DNA of 63,985 nt, the filler included, from Chiloscyllium plagiosum (lineage: Eukaryota): NCBI RefSeq assembly GCF_004010195.1. It is 3 parts of one record of this genome, joined end to end, with 100 filler letters (N's around TTAATTAATTAA, not from the genome) between each part and the next. Parts side by side here need not be neighbours in the genome. Positions count along the whole stretch, not along the records: positions 29,328 to 59,251 come from NC_057713.1; positions 59,352 to 63,985 come from NC_057713.1; 1 more part is not named here. One strand, given 5' to 3'. The position numbers were made by a program, and so were the translations under genes. Of the stretch, positions 50,765-63,462 are shown one piece after another (within the stretch, counting starts at the first letter, position 1; each line of letters starts with the position of its first letter). Below the pieces are notes generated by a model, which searched no databases, was not told the origin of the DNA, and saw only the letters and a program-made list of their open reading frames with translations.

Positions 50765-51499
50765 GCATTGTAGGTTCAAGTCCCAATCCAGGGACTTGCA
50801 TAGCAGGTCTCAACCAATGCTTTAGTGCACAAAGCATTTTTGGACCATACATGCTTTAACATTAATGTGAGATCTATCTGCTCTCTCAGCTGGCAAACTG
50901 AATTGAATCTGATTGAGATCCAAGATCACAGGAAAAAGCAAAGGCTGTGTCATATCACCTTGGAAAAGCAACGCCACCCACTGCGAAGGAGACAGGATTA
51001 CAGTCTGTCCCATAGCCATCAACCTAGAGGACGAAGACAATGAAGAGGGCGGAGAGAGGGATGAAGGCAGGAGGGAGATGTGGGTAAGGCCCACATTGAA
51101 CTCTTTGCATCCTCCACTACTTGGCTAACCAATCGAGTCATAGAGTCATACAGCATGGAAACAGACTCTTCAGTCCAATTCGTCCATGCCAACCAGATAT
51201 CTTGAATTAATCTAGCCCCATTTGCCAACATTTGGCCCATATCCCTCTGAGCCCTTCCTATTCATGTACCCATAGAACATAGAACATAGAACATAGAAAA
51301 GTACAACACACAATAGGCCCTTTGGCCCACAATGTTGTGCCGACTATTAATCCTAATGTAAAACAAAATAACTTAATCTAGGACACCCATAGTGAGTCAA
51401 GGATGAGCATGCCCAAGGATACAAAGAGACAAGCAGTGGCACAATTCCCCTTCCCTCAACAAAACAAGAAATCTTGAGATTCTTCGGAATACTCAACCC

Positions 51500-52298
51500 G
51501 AACATCAAGGCATTTGATAGGGTTCCCATGGTAGGCTCATCCATAAGGTCAGGAGGTATGGGATACAGGAGATTTGGCCATCTGGATTCAGAATTGACTG
51601 GCTGACAGAAGGCAGAGAGTGGTTGTAGATGGAAAGTATTCTGCCTGGAAGGCAGTGTTGAGTGGGTTCCCACAGGGCTCTGTTCTTGGGCCTCTGCTCT
51701 TTGTAGTTTTTATAAAAGACTTGGATGAGGGGGTTGAGGGATGGGTTAGTAAATTTGCAGATGATGCAAAGGTTGGGGGTGTCATTGATAGTATAGAGGG
51801 CTACTGCAGGCTACAGCGCAACATAGACAGGATGCAGAGCTGGGCTGAGAAATGGCCGATGGAGTTCAACCTGGATAAATGCGAAGTGATGCATTTTGGA
51901 AGGTCAGATTCGAATGCCTAATATAGGATTAAAGACAGGATTCTTGGCAGTGTGGAGGAACAGAGGGATCTGGGTGTGCAAGTACATAGATCCCTCAAAG
52001 TTGGCATCCAACTGGATAGGGTTGTTAAGAAAGCATATGGTGTTTTGGCTTTCATTAACAGGGGTATCGAGTTTAAGAGCTGCGAGGTTTTGCTGCAGTT
52101 CTACAAGTCCCTGGTGAGACCACACTTGGAATATTGTGTTCAGTTCTGGTCGCCCTACTATAGGAAAGATACAGAGGCTTTGAAGAGGGTGCAAAGGAGG
52201 TTTACCAGGATGCTGCCTGGACTTGAGGGCTTGCCTTATGAAGAAAGGTTGAATAAGCTCGGACTTTTCTCTCTGGAGAGAAGGAGGAAGAGAGGTGA
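51500..52298 (+). mobile_element. CR1 RT fragment lacking its 3' end
   Basis: PQGSVLGPLLF..KFADDAK and VRPHLEYCVQFWSP; stops abruptly at the Gypsy junction. Confidence 0.92.
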
Positions 52299-55200
52299 CG
52301 TTTAGCTAGGTTTACCACCAAGCCTGCCTTCTGAAGTTGATCGAACAAGTCCAATAAATGCTGTAAATGTTCCTCCCATGAGTGACTAAAAATCATCAAG
52401 TCATCAATGTACACCATACAATTGGGTAGTCTGGCAATGACCCTATTAGTCAGTCTCTGAAATGTGGCTGGAGCATTTTTCATATGAAATGGTATGACTT
52501 TGAACTGGTATAGTCCATTTGGCATTATGAAAGCTGAAATTGCCTTTGCTCTCTCTGGCAGAGGAACTTGCCAGTAGCTTCTGAGCAAGGCCATCTTGGA
52601 AATGTAAGTTGCTTATCCCACTTTTTTGACACAGTCCTCCAATCATGGAATTGGATTTGCATCAGTCTTTGTAACAGCGTTGACTTTGCGATAGTCCACC
52701 CATAACTGTTGGGTACCATCTGACTATGGGTGAGCTCCAGTCACTTCGATTATCTCATTTTGGAGCATGTGCTCTATCCCCTTCTGAACCTGTGCCAACT
52801 TTAGAGGGTTGTGCCTGTAAGGATTTTGCTTAATTGGACCAGCATCTCCTTTATCTACATCATGCATAATTAGGTTAGTACTTCCCAGTTTTTTTGTGCA
52901 TATCTCCCCATGTGATAGTAATAACTCTTTCAGGTCATCTTGATTTTCTTGTAGAAGGTAACTCAATAATTTATCCCAATTTTTGACAACTTCCTCATTG
53001 TCCAATGTGATTTGAGGAATGTCCAATTCAGAATCCTGTGAACTTGGCTCTTCCTTCTGTGCTGTAATCATTAACACCTTCTCCTCTTGCTTTCCGTCCC
53101 TATCAAAATACCTTTTGAGCATATTCACATGACACACTCTGTGAGATTTCTTTCTGTCTGGAGTCCTTACCAAGTAGTTCACCTCACTCAATTTCTTTTC
53201 AATTTGGTAAGGTCCACTAAACCTTGCTTTTAAAGGCTCATCTGTTACTGGAAGTAACACCAATACCTTATCAGCAATCGCAAAATTGCAATTATGTGAT
53301 TTCTTATTCGCTTCCTGTTTCATTGTATGCTGTGATACTTTTAAATGCTGTCTTGCCAACTCTCCAGCTCTATTTAATCATTCTCTGAAATTGACACAGA
53401 GTCCAAATGGGTGGTCTCTAAATTCTGACTTATTAATTTCTCCTTGATCAATTTTAATGGTCCTCTTACTTCATGCCCAAAAGTTAATTCAAATGGTACG
53501 AATTTGGTCGATTCATTCGGTGCATCTCTGATTGCAAAAAGTACAAACAAAACTCCCTTATTCCAATCATCTGGATAATCCTGACCATGAGCCCTCAACA
53601 TGGTCTTCAGTGTTTGATCCCATCTTTCAAGTGCTCCCTGCAATTCTGGATGGTATACAATAGATTTGAATGGCTTTATTCCCAAGTTATCCATAACCTC
53701 CTTGAATAGTTTGGATGTGAAGCTTGATCCTTGATCTGACTGGATCTGTATTGGTATTTGTATCTAGTAAAAGATTTAAATAATTCTTCTAGCTGTGATG
53801 TTGCATAATGGGATTGCCTCTGGAAATCGAGTTGACACAACCATGATTGTTAATAAATACTTATTCCCACTTTTTGTTTGAGGTAAGGCAGCTAAGCAAT
53901 CAATCAAGACTCTTGTGAAAGGTTCCTCAAATGCTGGAATAGGTATTAAAGGTTCAGGTTTTATTACTGCCTGTCGTTTTTCGATTAGCTGACATGTATG
54001 ACGTATCTGACAAAATTCAACTACATCCTTGCATAGTCCAGGCTTGACACAACCATGATTGTTAATAAATACTTATTCCCACTTTTTGTTTGAGGTAAGG
54101 CAGCTAAGCAATCAATCAAGACTCTTGTGAAAGGTTCCTCAAATGCTGGAATAGGCATTAAAGGTTCAGGTTTTATTACTGCCTGTCGTTTTCCGATCAG
54201 CTGACATGTATGACATATCTGACAAAATTCAACTATATCCTTGCATAGTCCAGGCCAGTAAAAATGTCTTTGTATTTCAGCCTATGTTTTCCTCACCCCT
54301 AAATGACCTCCAAGTAGTAGCTCATGCACCATTTGCTGCACCTCCTTTCTATACCCTACTGGCAAAACAATCTGATGAATCTCTGCCCATTTCTCATCTG
54401 CTTGAATGTATGATGGTCTCCATTTCCTCATTAACATGTCATTTGTTAAGTAATAACACATAGGAATGCATTCACTTTCTTTATCTGTAAATGCCTTTTG
54501 ATATAACTGTTTTAAGTTCTCATCTTTCTGCTGTAGTTCAATCATCTTAGCAGAGCTAAAGATACTGGCACGTTTACCTATTTGCTCCTTCTCTGTTCTA
54601 CTTATCTGTCAAAAAATGTCTTGGTTAACACTATGTCAGTTTCCTTATCTGTGCCTATTGATCTCTCCTGCTTTAACTTGTGCCTCTGTGATCTTGTAAT
54701 CACACAATCTGAGAAAATTCTTGGATTAACATTCTCCATTTCTTCAGTTGCCTGTGTCTCCACTGGCTTTTCAACTAGAGTAGGCAGCACACCTACCACT
54801 GAATCAGCTATATCATTTGCAAGGACAAATTGAATTCCTGGAGCTGAGAGTTTGTCCAGTGCACCGACAAATTCTCCACTCTTCTCTGGACTCTCTAGCC
54901 TCACTTTACATAATTGAGCACTTTTTGTCTCACCATGAATCCCTGTTACCAGTACCTTTTCTGGCAGTAGTCCCTCAGGAGTACATATCTCCTCATCGTT
55001 CAGCATTACAGACTGAGAGGATCCTGTGTCCCTTAATATTGTAACCTCCTTACCAATGACTTCTGGTCTATGTGAAGAAACTTTACCCTTGCATGTATAT
55101 TTTTTTAAGCACTTCCTCTTTAATCAGCTGATTATCTTGTACACTCTGAGTCAGTTGTCTAATTTCCCTTGTGCTATTTGTCACAAGTCCAACAAAACTT

Positions 55201-56706
55201 CCAGACTTGTCTGGTTTTCCTACATCTGCCTTTCTCCTAGCCCACGAACACTGTGATTTTGTGCGGCCCACTTTATTACAATGAAAACACTGGAGCTTTT
55301 TACCTTCTTTGTCCCCCTCAAAGGTTTATTTTTTACCCTGTGGTAAGTTCTCCTTATGATCTTCGCTGAGATCTACCTTTCCCTTTCCACATGAGGATTT
55401 CCCTTTGCCCCAATTTCTCTGCCTCATGGACTGAAATTGATTCTGGAAGCCAAACCGTGTTGTATGGACCGGCTCATAATCATCAGCCACTTCAGCTGCT
55501 AACCTTGCTGTTTAACTCTCTGCTCTTCCATATGAGTTTTGCACTACATCCTCACTGAGCCTACCCTCAACCTTTATCTCCAGCCTTTTAAGCTGACTTT
55601 CCTTTTTAAGTGTCAGTTTTGAAGTTCAAAATCTCTGTCTTTTTCTTTCTCTGCTTTCTCTTTGCCCCTCTCTTCTGCTTTTAATCGTAAATCAAACTGT
55701 TTTATTTCTGCTGCCCTTTCCTTCTCTCTTGCCTCTAACTCAAGCTGCCTCATTTGCAATTGAATTCTTGCCATCTCTATAGATTCTGATGGTTTCTCCA
55801 GCAAGTTTAAATGCTGAGCTACTGCTGTAATTATCTCTCCTTTCCTCACAGAAGCAGGCAGTTCTAATTCCAGCTTCTCTGCCAATTCCTGCACCTTGGT
55901 CTTATTCAGTTTTTGCAAAACTTCCAAAGTCAGCACATCCACTTCCAGAAAACTTCTGGCGACTGAAAGACCCATTACTATCCCAAGCTTTGTCTACCCA
56001 ACCAACCAACACTCAAAATAAAGACACTAGCACCTACCACTCGCTGTTTAAAATCCCGCAAAGAACCCCCAGACTATTATGGACTAGGCAAGACCACTCA
56101 AAATGTTCTTAAGCAGACAGCCCAGAACATAACTTTGCAATTTGTTTCATTAAGTATACAGTGAACATTACCCGGAGTGAGGTAGCAAGGTTGACTACTA
56201 GATTTTAAGACAGACAAAAATGTATTCACAAAATTACACAATGAAACACAAAGAACAAAGAACCCCTACAGAACTCAGTCTATCCAAACTAGACTTAATT
56301 ATGCTGTTCCGAATATACACAACAGTCCCAATAAGCAAACTCCCTTTAGAACCCAGTATAAATGTATCATGTGCTTACAGGTTGAAGTTGAAGGGCAGAA
56401 AGAGAGAGAGAGAGTTTCCACACAGCTCACTGTTGAACTCCTTACCAGTTCAGGACTGAACTAAACTGCTCAGCTCAGCTAGAGAGCTGACCAGTCCTCT
56501 TTCTTTATACAGATCACTTCTAAAACATGACCTCTTTGGCCTGTAGTCTCATCAGTTTATATATAAACAAAATGCCTCTCAACATTCTTTCCATCTCTGT
56601 ACCAAACCAGACTGATTGGAGCCTGGCCTGGTTTATTACCCCTCTAAAAAAAATCAAGGACTCTTTCATTTGAACTCTATTCTCCTTTGCTTAGAGTTGG
56701 GTTACA
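52299..56706 (-). mobile_element. Ty3/Gypsy LTR retrotransposon with Gmr1-like order (LTR-gag-PR-INT-RT), 3'-truncated
   Basis: gag N-terminus (55613-55975); degenerate zinc knuckle CFHCNKVGRTKSQC; integrase HLGVRKT, YHPELQGALER and GPY motifs (54545-53100); then RT NAPATFQR..VYIDD (52594-52300). Confidence 0.92.
56053..56706 (-). repeat. 5' LTR (56075-56706) and primer-binding site of the Gypsy element
   Basis: Starts TGTAAC on the minus strand; followed by TGGGGGTTCTTTGCGGGAT (56053-56071), resembling a tRNA-Pro PBS. Confidence 0.75.
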
Positions 56707-56744
56707 CACACACACTTACACACACTTACATACACACAGATTCA

Positions 56745-57080
56745 ATTCAAAGAGTCCCTACAGTGCAGAAGCAGGCCATTTGGCCCGTCAAGTTCACACT
56801 GACCCTCCAAAGAGCATCCCACCCAGAACCACCTCCCTACCCTATCCCTCTAACCCTGCAATGCCCATGACTAATCCACCTAGTCTGCACATTCCTGGAT
56901 GATATGGATAATGATCTTGGCTAATCCACCTATCCTGCACATCTTTGGATTGTAGGAGGAAACCAGAGCACCTGGAGGAAACCCATTCAGACATGGGAGA
57001 ATGTACAGACTCCACACCGACAATGACCTGAGGCTGGAATCAAAGCCGGGTACCTGGCCATTGTGCCACTGTGCCACCCC
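56745..57080 (-). mobile_element. HE1-type V-SINE with an internal duplication
   Basis: V-domain and tRNA head in reverse; ctaatccaccta..ctgcacat occurs twice. Confidence 0.85.
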
Positions 57081-57957
57081 AATCATATATCAAAATGTGA
57101 TGGTCATATTATATTTGATATAGGTTATATTGAAGTAATGTAATATTTCTTACAAATCTTCTGGTGACATCTTTTCTACTTTTGCTATATTGTTATGATG
57201 TGACAGATATTGGGAAAAATTTAGTTGAGAACCAATCAGAGTTTAGACTTGTTAGGTTGGAATTTAAATTACCTGAGTCTCTGCTGGTGTGGAAGGTGCT
57301 GTAGGAGATACTGGTAAGAAGGTGGGAAATCTAAAAAAAAAACATTTCTGCCATATGTTGTGAAATTATTAACTGTATAGCAAGCACAGCTTTCTACCCA
57401 AACCCTACTTTTTTTAAGAAATGCTTTCTTGTTAGATGCAGTTATCATCACATGTGCCCTCTGAGACAGTTACAAAACACAGAAACAGATTGTAATACTA
57501 TGCCTGAGTTAAAGGGCTATGGCAAAGTTCTAATGATAATTGGGGTCTTGCCCCACTTTTTTTCTGCTGGGAACAGTCTGTTAATGAAATCCCATCCATT
57601 ATGTTCATGTGGGCTCTTACTAGCTAATTTCTTAGTAGTTTCCCTTATGTTTAGAACTGTTTCCCTCCACCATTCATAATAAAATCAATCATATAGGACA
57701 CATTTTAGATCCAGTTTTCAGTTCAGAAGCATTGTAAGTTCAGTCATTTAAACTCATTAACACATATAATTAGTACTTTCTGTATAAAATGTGGTCTAGA
57801 ATTAAGGATGTGTATTTATTAGTCAGCACATGATGAAATTTCTGAGAGGACAGAATAGAGGACATTTTTTTCCAGACAGAGAGGCAGGGCAAATAGTCAC
57901 CTAATTCAGTCCCTCACACTATTGTGCTTCGTTCATGATTATAATTATATGAAAAAG

Positions 57958-58189
57958 TGTAGTGATTGGAATAAGAGTCAGGTGGATCTTATTGACCATG
58001 CGATCCTTGTTTGGAGTTGTTAACCTGAGCAGTTAGGGAGCCCTGGCTGATAGACATAAACAGGAGATTCAGAGACCCTTCTCATTCTAGGGACTGGCTG
58101 TAAGCTGGCTAATCAGAGTTTATCTACTGTGCAGGTGTAAATAAAGCTTGACTTGGTAATGGGATACCGGCCTCTGTAAAGTTATTTCA
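57958..58189 (+). mobile_element. Solo LTR
   Basis: TGT..TTCA termini, TATA-like cataaa, AATAAA about 45 bp from the 3' end, ~230 bp long. Confidence 0.55.
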
Positions 58190-58229
58190 ACAGACTTGCA
58201 TTGAACTATTCTATTGATTTACTCTATGC

Positions 58230-59251
58230 GGTATAGAGTCATAGAGATGTACAGCATGGAAACACACCCTTCGGTCCAACCTGTCCATGCAGACCAGATA
58301 TCCCAACACAATCCATTCCCATCTGCCAGCACCCGGCCCATATCCCTCCAAACCCTTCCTATTCATATACCCATCCAAATGCCTCTTAAATATTGCAATT
58401 GTACTAGGCTCCACCACATCCTCTGGCAGCTCATTCCATACACGTACCACCCTCTGCGTGAAAAAGTTGCCCATTAGGTCTCTTTTATATCTTTCCCCTC
58501 TCACCCTAAACCTATGCCCTCAAGTTCTGAACTCCCCGACCCCAGGGAAAAAAAACTTTGTCTGTTTACCCTATCCATGCCCCTCATAATTTTGTAGACC
58601 TCTATAAGGTCAGCCCTCAGTCTCCGATGCTTCAGGGAAAGCAGCCCCAGCCTAGAACATAGAACATAGAACAATACAGCACAGAACAGGCCCTTCGGCC
58701 CATGATGTTGTGCCGAACATTTGTCCTAGCTTAAGCACCCATCCATGTACCTATCCAATTGCCACTTAAAGGTCACCAAAGATTCTGACTCTACCACTCC
58801 CACAGGCAGCGCATTCCATGTCCCCACCACTCTTTGGTGGCCAGTTAACCTTCATATCTCATTTTTCCTCTGCGTATTTCCTTCTTAGTAATCCTCTGTT
58901 GCTCTTTAAAAGCTTTCCAGTCCTCAGTTTTTCCACTTATCTTAGCTATGTTATACTTTTTCTCTTTTAACTTTATATGTTTCTTTACTTCCCTCATCAG
59001 CCACAGCCGCCCATGCCTCCTCCTGGGATCTTTCTTCCTTTTAGGAATGAACTGATCCTGCAACTTCTGCATTATACACAGAAATATCCGCCATTGTTCC
59101 TCCACGGTCATCCCTGCTAAGGTATTGCACAATTGAACTTTGGCCAGCTCCTCCCTCATAGCTCCATAGTTCCCTTTATTCAACAGAAGTACTGTCACTT
59201 CCGACTGTACCCTCTCCCTCTCAAATTGCAGATTGAAGCTTATTGCATTAT
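58230..59251 (-). mobile_element. Stacked CR1 fragments
   Basis: NFFTQRVVRVWNELP 3' end, (tagaaca)n tail at 58653, and linker ORF 58845-59198. Confidence 0.9.
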
Positions 59252-59351
59252 NNNNNNNNNNNNNNNNNNNNNNNNNNNNNNNNNNNNNNNNNNNNTTAAT
59301 TAATTAANNNNNNNNNNNNNNNNNNNNNNNNNNNNNNNNNNNNNNNNNNNN
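59252..59351. other. Assembly gap with artificial TTAATTAATTAA linker
   Basis: 44 N + 12-mer + 44 N. Confidence 0.95.
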
Positions 59352-59944
59352 AACACATGGATCTGCACTCCATCTCTCTAGCTACTTGTGCTCATCATGA
59401 ACAGCAAGGGGACAAGGGACCACTACCTGACCCCCCTACAAGGAGAGAAGTGGGTGCTTTTAGACACCTAGGTGCAGGAGGAACTACATACAAGCCCCCT
59501 CAGAAATCTTCTCTTAGGACGCTCCGGATGTAGCTGGGTCTTCCACATTCACTCTATCTGACACTTTCAGTCTATAGATGTTCAGGCCAAAATGGGTGCA
59601 TTTGCCTCTGGACAAGGCTCATTCAGCATGTCTGGACTATCGTGACATAAAAGGTCTCAGGATTGCCCAACTAAAACTCCTTGGAGTGCACTGTCAGGAC
59701 TCCACTCCAATGGCAGAAGCTCAGACTGTCAGAAGATGTAACAGGAGGGAAAGAAGGAAGAAGACCTTCTGAGGGTATATAGTTAGCATTGGAGATATGT
59801 CAATGAAAATATGTTTTCACTTTTGTAAATGTATGTTTTGTTTCACCATTAGCTGTTTGTGAGTCTCTGCTTAGCAGCAACTATAACACTGAAACTACAG
59901 AGCCCACCCATCTTTTGTGCTCTATGAGGTTCTATGGTCCAAGG

Positions 59945-60035
59945 TACCTGAAGAAGGGCTACACCTGAAATGTTAACTTCTCCACCTCCTGATGCTGTCT
60001 GGCTTGCTGTGTTCTTCCAGCTCCCTGCTTGTGTA
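59945..60035 (+). mobile_element. Penelope-type pLTR fragment
   Basis: ctgaagaagggctacacctgaaatgtt..ctgatgctgtctggcttgctg; a related copy lies at 1765-1850. Confidence 0.65.
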
Positions 60036-61509
60036 CCACGGCATGAAGTGAACAGCTCTGCACTGCGTGTAGGCAGTAGATAAATGGCAGGTGACTGCTA
60101 CTTTAGCAGTTTGGCTCCTTCCAGATTGATAAACATTGCTGTTGCATCACAGCTGTTACTGCGATTATTTCCTGAGCATGCTGGTGTGGGCTGCGCACAT
60201 TAGGCCTAAGGTTCACAAACTTTGTCATCAATTACTTTGCCTGTACTGTATATCTGTATCATGCTGTTGCCCATGAAACATCCCACATCATGAAAAATCA
60301 AAGCACCTCCATCTCAGAATGAAGAGCTTAACCTGCCTGCTCAGGGTTTGCACTTCCGTAAGGTGACCACATCCTGAAATGTGCTTTCCACAAACCTCTC
60401 AGCCTCGTGAATGTACCATGGTACTCAAAGCTGCTCAAGCTCCAAATCACAGAGCTTATCTTTCTCCAGCCAGTGATAGGTCCTGCACATCATCATCCAG
60501 ACATTCAGGAGCATCTAGTATTTCCCACATAATGCATGATGTGTAAGTCGCTGGTCTGAGCTCCCCAGACACACCTTAATGAGATGGATCCTTGCCTTTA
60601 TTTTATCCTTACTCCTACCTAAGTATAAACTACAATGATAATTTTTACAATGGCAATTTTTTACAATGGTATTTTCTTGTCTATGTCAGACAAGCCCCTT
60701 AACTCTATTAAGTTGATCAATTAGTTTTGAAGTTCAAAATTATAATTATCTAGTTAAAGCTTTTAAGCTGCATTTCGGGTCTTAACATCTATCAATATCC
60801 AGTGACAAGAGACAAGACAGAAATACCCACCAATTACCTACTGCTGTCCATGATGTTGTACTTTGATTTTGTTGCAGCAACTCTTCCTGTGGATCATCTC
60901 TGGACTTGCTGTTCCTTTTAATCCTATTGACCACATCCCTGAGTCCCATACAGCTCCCCACTAAGCTATCTGTTTATGAGACATTTGTGTGATCAGAAGG
61001 TTGATGGGTCAGGGAAAATCATAGGGTTGGTGAGATTTAGGAGTTGTAGGCATTGGAGCGGGAGTTATATGAGGTCAGTGGAGAGTCAGCTGTAGCTTTA
61101 AATAACACAAAATTATAACACTAAATGACATTTTCATTTCATTCTCAACATTTTGGAGTATGGACAAGGCTGGAGCCTGAATTGGAACAATTGGAGCCTG
61201 AACACCTTGAGAGGAAATGCAACATGAATTAGAAATGAACTGGACCGGGGACAACTTACAATGATTAATAAACTTTCTTCTGGAAAACAACTGTTCACTA
61301 ACAAGGCTGCATTATATTTTGTACATTGTGCATGGCCCTGTGCTGTCCATTAGCTGCTAGGGCATTGCTGAGGATTTCAAATGATATGACTTTCTCATTT
61401 TCACTTGGTGTTAGAAGTTCGAATCGTACTTTTGAAGTATTTCAGAAGATTTCCAAGATTACTTTGTCAAGCCTTCATCAACACTTCTTCAACATTCTGG
61501 CAATTTTAT

Positions 61510-61760
61510 GGAGGCATGGTGGTTCAGCAGTTAGTACTGCTACCTCACAGTGCTAGAAGCTTGGGTTTGATTCCAGCCTCGGATGAATGTCTGTGTGGAG
61601 ATTGCACATTCTCCCCGTGTCTGCGTGGATTTCCTTTGGGTGCTCTGGTTTCCTCCCACATTCCAAAGGTGTGCAGGTTAGGTGAATTGGCCATGCTAAA
61701 TTGCCCATAGTGTGCAGGCTAGGTGTATTAGTCAGGGAAAATGTAGAACAATTGGCTAGG
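61510..61760 (+). mobile_element. HE1-type V-SINE
   Basis: tRNA head and V-domain. Confidence 0.88.
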
Positions 61761-61779
61761 AGAATGGTTCTTGACACAT

Positions 61780-62555
61780 AAACTCTGGGACAAAGATTCT
61801 GACTTTCAACACTATCCATGCATTCCATAATTTTATAGACTTTTATCAAGTCTCCCCTCAGCCTTCGCCACTCCAGAGAAAACAACTTGGAGTTTTCTAG
61901 CCTCTCCTTGCAGCTCATACCATCTAATCCAGGCAGCATGTCTTCTGTAACGTCTCTAAATCCTCCACATTCTTGTGTAAATTGAATGTACTCCTCTGAG
62001 TGTGGCCTAACCAAAGTCTTATAAAACTGAAAAATGACATCCTGAATCTTGTACTCAATTCCCCGACCAATAAAGTCAAGTATGCCATATGCCTTCTTTA
62101 CCACCCATAATATCGTGACTCATGAATAGGGATAACAGCAGTCCTTGGGTGAAGGTGTTAAATTGGGGGAAGCCCAACTGCAACAATATTAGGCAGGAAC
62201 TGGAAAATTTTGAGTGGAGGTGGCTGTTGAGGGTAAATCCAATTCAGACATGTGGGAGTAAGACAAACAGCAGTAACTGCGAGACTGAAGGATACGAATG
62301 GCAAGATACATGAACCTTGGATGACTAGGAATGTTATGATCTTGGTCAAAAAGAAAATTGTAGCTTATGCAAGTTCTAGGAGGATGGAAACTGACAGAAC
62401 CCTTGACATATATAAGGAAAGTAGGAAAGATCTTAAACAAGGAATTAGAAAGGCTAAAAAGGGTCATTAAAAGTTATTAGCAAACAGGATTAAGGAGAAT
62501 CCCAAGGCTTTTCATACACAAAAAAAAAGCAAGAGGGTAGCCAGCAAAAGGTTTG
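61780..62555. mobile_element. CR1 fragments in opposite orientations
   Basis: Minus: VKKAYGILDFIGRGIEYK..LVRPH. Plus: linker region (EPWMT, IKENPKAF). Confidence 0.85.
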
Positions 62556-62556
62556 G

Positions 62557-63462
62557 TCAGCAGAGAGCGGCGCGAGCTGGGCAGAAGTGAGGTTGGAGCG
62601 CAGAGTTGGTCGGGAAGGTAAGTGATTGATATTTGAGTGGGTGTGTTCTATACCCCAGGCGAGCTGGGCGGAAGTGAGGTTGGAGCGCAGAGCTGGTCGG
62701 GAAGGTAAGTGAAATATAAAGAACTTACCTCGACGCCAACGGTCTTTTCTCAGCAGAGAGCAGTGCGAGCTGGGCGGAAGTGAGGTTGGAGCGCAGAGCT
62801 GATCGGGAAGGTAAGTGATTGATATTTGAGTGGGTGTGTTCTATACCCCAGGCCCTACATAGTAGGGCCTCCCTCCCATCCTCCTCCTCTAACCTAACTT
62901 TAAAGTTCACAGGTAAGCTTTGGAGACGAAGTGTAGAGTAATGGCAGTGCAGGTAGTGGAATGTTCCTCCTGCAGGATGTTTGAGGTAGGGGTGACCACC
63001 GATACTCCTGCCGACTTCATCTGCAGAAAATGCAGTCAGATTCTACTCCTCACAGAACGACTTAGGGAACTGGAACTGGAGTTGGATGAACTGAGGATTA
63101 TTCGAGAAGCTGAGAAGGTGATAGATACAGGGACATAGTTACGCCAGAGAACAGAGGTAGCTGGGTAACAGTTAGAGATGGGAAGGGGAGGAAGCAGGCA
63201 GTGCAGGGATCCCCTGTAGTCATTCCCCTAAACAATAGGTATACCGCTTTGGATACTGGTGGGGGGACAGCCTAGCAGGGGTAAGCTGGAGTTACCGGGT
63301 CTGTGGCATGAGGTCTGGCTCTGAGACTCAGAAGGGAAAGGGAGAGATGAGGAGAGCGCTAGTTATAGGAGACTCTCTAGTTAGAGGGACGGACAGGCGA
63401 TTCTGTGGGCATGGGCGAGATTCTCGGATGGTTTGTTGCCTCCCGGGTGCCAGGGTCCGTGC
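62557..63462 (+). mobile_element. CR1 5' end: tandemly repeated 5' UTR and ORF1 (zinc finger, leucine zipper, start of SGNH esterase)
   Basis: MAVQVVECSSC..FICRKC..LRELELELDEL from 62941; ALVIGDSLVRG..CCLPGARV at 63355-63460. Confidence 0.9.

Noticed and set aside
57090..57160. AT-rich segment loosely resembling miR-190
   Set aside because: Poor match to the mature sequence and no convincing precursor hairpin.
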